A stretch of DNA of 17,200 bases from assembly GCA_039028615.1 (NCBI GenBank), contig JBCCHT010000082.1:1-17200 (forward strand), read 5' to 3'. The stretch is from Myxococcota bacterium. GTDB lineage: Bacteria > Myxococcota_A > Polyangia > Nannocystales > Nannocystaceae. The notes beneath the pieces are model-generated. The model was not told where the DNA came from. It saw only the letters and a program-made list of their open reading frames with translations, and ran no database searches. Below are positions 15,378 through 17,200 of this stretch, piece after piece; position 1 is the first letter of the stretch; each line of letters begins with the position of its first letter. A program made the position numbers and the translations under genes.

Positions 15378-16733
15378 ATGTCCACGGAAGGACTCGAGTC
15401 CGAGCTCATCACCCCGGTCACCCAGACCATCCCTCGCCACGGCCGGTCACGCTATGTGCGGCGGCCAGGACGGATTAAGCTACGCGTGCTGGATGGGCCC
15501 GCGGCGGGCTCGGAGACGGTGGTCGATCGGACGCGGTTGCGAGTCGGTCGTGGGCCGACGGCCGATGTGCGGATCGACCATCACTCGTTGAGCGGGCTGC
15601 ACTTCGAGCTTCGACTTGGGCGGCAGGGTGTGGAGCTGTTCGACCTGGCCAGCAAGAACGGGACCGTGCTGCTGGGGCGACGCGTCTACCATGCGCACGT
15701 TCATCCTGGCGACGTGATCGTGGCGGGGGACTGCCGGATTGAGTTGGTGGAGACCGGTGAAGTCGACGTCGAGCAGAGCATGGAGGCTCGGGAAGACGGG
15801 TTGCTCGGGATCAGTGAGCCCATGCGCGAGATGTTCGCCGTGCTCGACAAGGTCGCGCCGCGCGAGCTGCCCGTGTTGGTCATGGGGGAGACTGGGACTG
15901 GTAAGGATGTCGTGTGCCGAGCGCTGTACCGGAGGTCGCGACGGGCCGAGGGTCCATATCAGGTGCTCGACTGCGGTGCGATTGCGCCGAGCTTGGCTGA
16001 GTCTGCGCTGTTCGGGCATCGAAAGGGGGCGTTCACGGGGGCCGAGGAGGACCGCGTGGGAGTGTTCGAGCTCGCCCACCGAGGGACCTTGCTGATCGAT
16101 GAGGTTGGCGAGCTGCCGTTGCCGTTGCAGGCCAAGCTGCTTCGGGCACTCGAGTCGAAGGAGATCGTGCGGGTCGGCGAGCTGACGCCGCGCAAAGTGG
16201 ACGTGCGCGTCGTAGCGGCGACCCACCGTGACCTGCGGACGATGATCGACGAGGGCAAGTTCCGCGAGGATCTCTACTTTCGGCTCGCGCGCTTCGTGAT
16301 CGAACTGCCGCCGCTGCGAGAGCGTGGAGCTGAAGAAATCGGCCATCTGTCGCGGAACTTCATCAATGAGATCGTCGAACGGGATGGTGTCTCGGTCGAG
16401 CTGAGCCGCGAGGCTATGCTCGCCCTCGTGAAGCACTCGTGGCCCGGCAACGTTCGGGAGCTACGAAACGTGCTCGAGCAGGCGGCCGTGCTATGCGAGC
16501 GCGGCGAGATTCGGGCCGCGGACCTGGCCTTGGGGGCCTACGAGCCCCGCCGGCTCAAGCTCGGCCAGATGCTTCGCTTGGGCGCCTACGAGGACGTTCA
16601 CGCCGAAGTCGACCGCTGGCTTCTCCGCCGCGCCCTCGATGACGCCAACGGGAACCTGAGCGAGGCCGCCCGTGGGCTCTCGATCGGCCGCAAGAAGCTG
16701 ACCAACCGACTGACGGAGCTGGGGCTGTATTGA
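15378..16733 (+). CDS. FHA-domain sigma54-dependent transcriptional activator (FHA-AAA+-Fis HTH bacterial enhancer-binding protein)
   Basis: FHA: VGRGPTAD...SLSGLH...DLASKNGT. AAA+: Walker A GETGTGKD, ESALFGHRKGAFTGA, Walker B LLIDEVGEL, QAKLLRALE, FREDLYFRL, WPGNVRELRN. HTH: ANGNLSEAARGLSIGRKKL. Start ATG 15378 or GTG 15303. Confidence 0.95.
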   Translation: MSTEGLESELITPVTQTIPRHGRSRYVRRPGRIKLRVLDGPAAGSETVVDRTRLRVGRGPTADVRIDHHSLSGLHFELRLGRQGVELFDLASKNGTVLLGRRVYHAHVHPGDVIVAGDCRIELVETGEVDVEQSMEAREDGLLGISEPMREMFAVLDKVAPRELPVLVMGETGTGKDVVCRALYRRSRRAEGPYQVLDCGAIAPSLAESALFGHRKGAFTGAEEDRVGVFELAHRGTLLIDEVGELPLPLQAKLLRALESKEIVRVGELTPRKVDVRVVAATHRDLRTMIDEGKFREDLYFRLARFVIELPPLRERGAEEIGHLSRNFINEIVERDGVSVELSREAMLALVKHSWPGNVRELRNVLEQAAVLCERGEIRAADLALGAYEPRRLKLGQMLRLGAYEDVHAEVDRWLLRRALDDANGNLSEAARGLSIGRKKLTNRLTELGLY

Positions 16734-16734
16734 C

Positions 16735-16793
16735 TGCGTTTCGCCTCTCCGGCGCGACTCTGCTTCGGGCCTCGAGACGCGACAGGCGACGCA
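16735..16793. terminator. Possible long hairpin between convergent genes
   Basis: TGCG(TT)TCGCCT (16735-16746) pairs with AGGCGACGCA (16784-16793). The loop is large and there is no U-tract. Confidence 0.25.
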
Positions 16794-16795
16794 AC

Positions 16796-17200
16796 TCAAC
16801 CGCTTCGAACTTGGGCGATGATCTGTGCGACTTGCTCCGCGTGTTCGTGTTGGCCGAGCGTGAGGAGCCCCTGGTGGGAGCGTTCGAGAATCGCCAGCCC
16901 ACTTGGACGATCGCCGGCTGCGGCGAGGAGCTGGCCGAAGTCGATTCCGACAAAAATGATACCTTCGAGGCGTTGGAGTTCGAGATTTAGCTCGTACGCC
17001 GTACGAAAGTAGTGGAAGGCCTGCTTCCAGTCTTCCGTCTGCACCGCCAGCTGCCCCAGGTTCCACAGCGCGTGCGCCCTGCCGTCCATGTCGCCCAACT
17101 GCTCGTTGATGGCAAGCCGTTGTCGATGAAGGTCGAGGGCCTCGTCCACCTGTCCTTTGCTCCGCAGGATGCGTGCGATGTCGCCGAGGGTGACGGCCCG
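16796..17200 (-). CDS. TPR-repeat protein, C-terminal part (5' end outside the window)
   Basis: The frame is open from 17200: RAVTLGDIARILRSKGQVDEALDLHRQRLAINEQLGDMDGRAHALWNLGQLAVQTEDWKQAF, with TPR units of about 40 aa. Stop TGA at 16796-16798. Confidence 0.9.
   Translation of the reverse strand, partial: RAVTLGDIARILRSKGQVDEALDLHRQRLAINEQLGDMDGRAHALWNLGQLAVQTEDWKQAFHYFRTAYELNLELQRLEGIIFVGIDFGQLLAAAGDRPSGLAILERSHQGLLTLGQHEHAEQVAQIIAQVRSG

Noticed and set aside
9834..16436. Alternative-frame ORFs such as 9834..11000, 13108..13800, 14469..15299 and 15480..16436
   Set aside because: They overlap genes with clear motifs on the opposite strand and carry no motifs of their own.

Overview
High-GC window whose gene content (three Hanks-type Ser/Thr kinases, an FHA-sigma54 activator, Cys-rich lipoproteins, TPR arrays) suggests a myxobacterium; this taxonomy is inferred, not shown. 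It has three blocks between two partial TPR-array genes whose 3' ends face inward. (1) 546-6162 (+): a tightly coupled six-gene operon of mostly unrecognisable proteins, possibly a mobile-element or virus-like cassette, followed by a convergent small lipoprotein gene. (2) About 6550-7850 (-): a lower-GC island with a tandem winged-helix, Rep-like gene, an iteron-like repeat array and an upstream terminator. (3) 8026-16733: a signalling module with an FHA-AAA+-HTH sigma54 activator divergent from a kinase / kinase / secreted protein / beta-helix lipoprotein operon, then a Fis-type HTH / kinase unit and a second stand-alone Fis-type HTH gene. The strongest non-coding signal is that both minus-strand units start with the same promoter design: a sigma54 -24/-12 box plus two related 17-bp sites 21 bp apart, beginning 51-53 bp upstream. 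No rRNA, tRNA, CRISPR, integrase or transposase was recognised.
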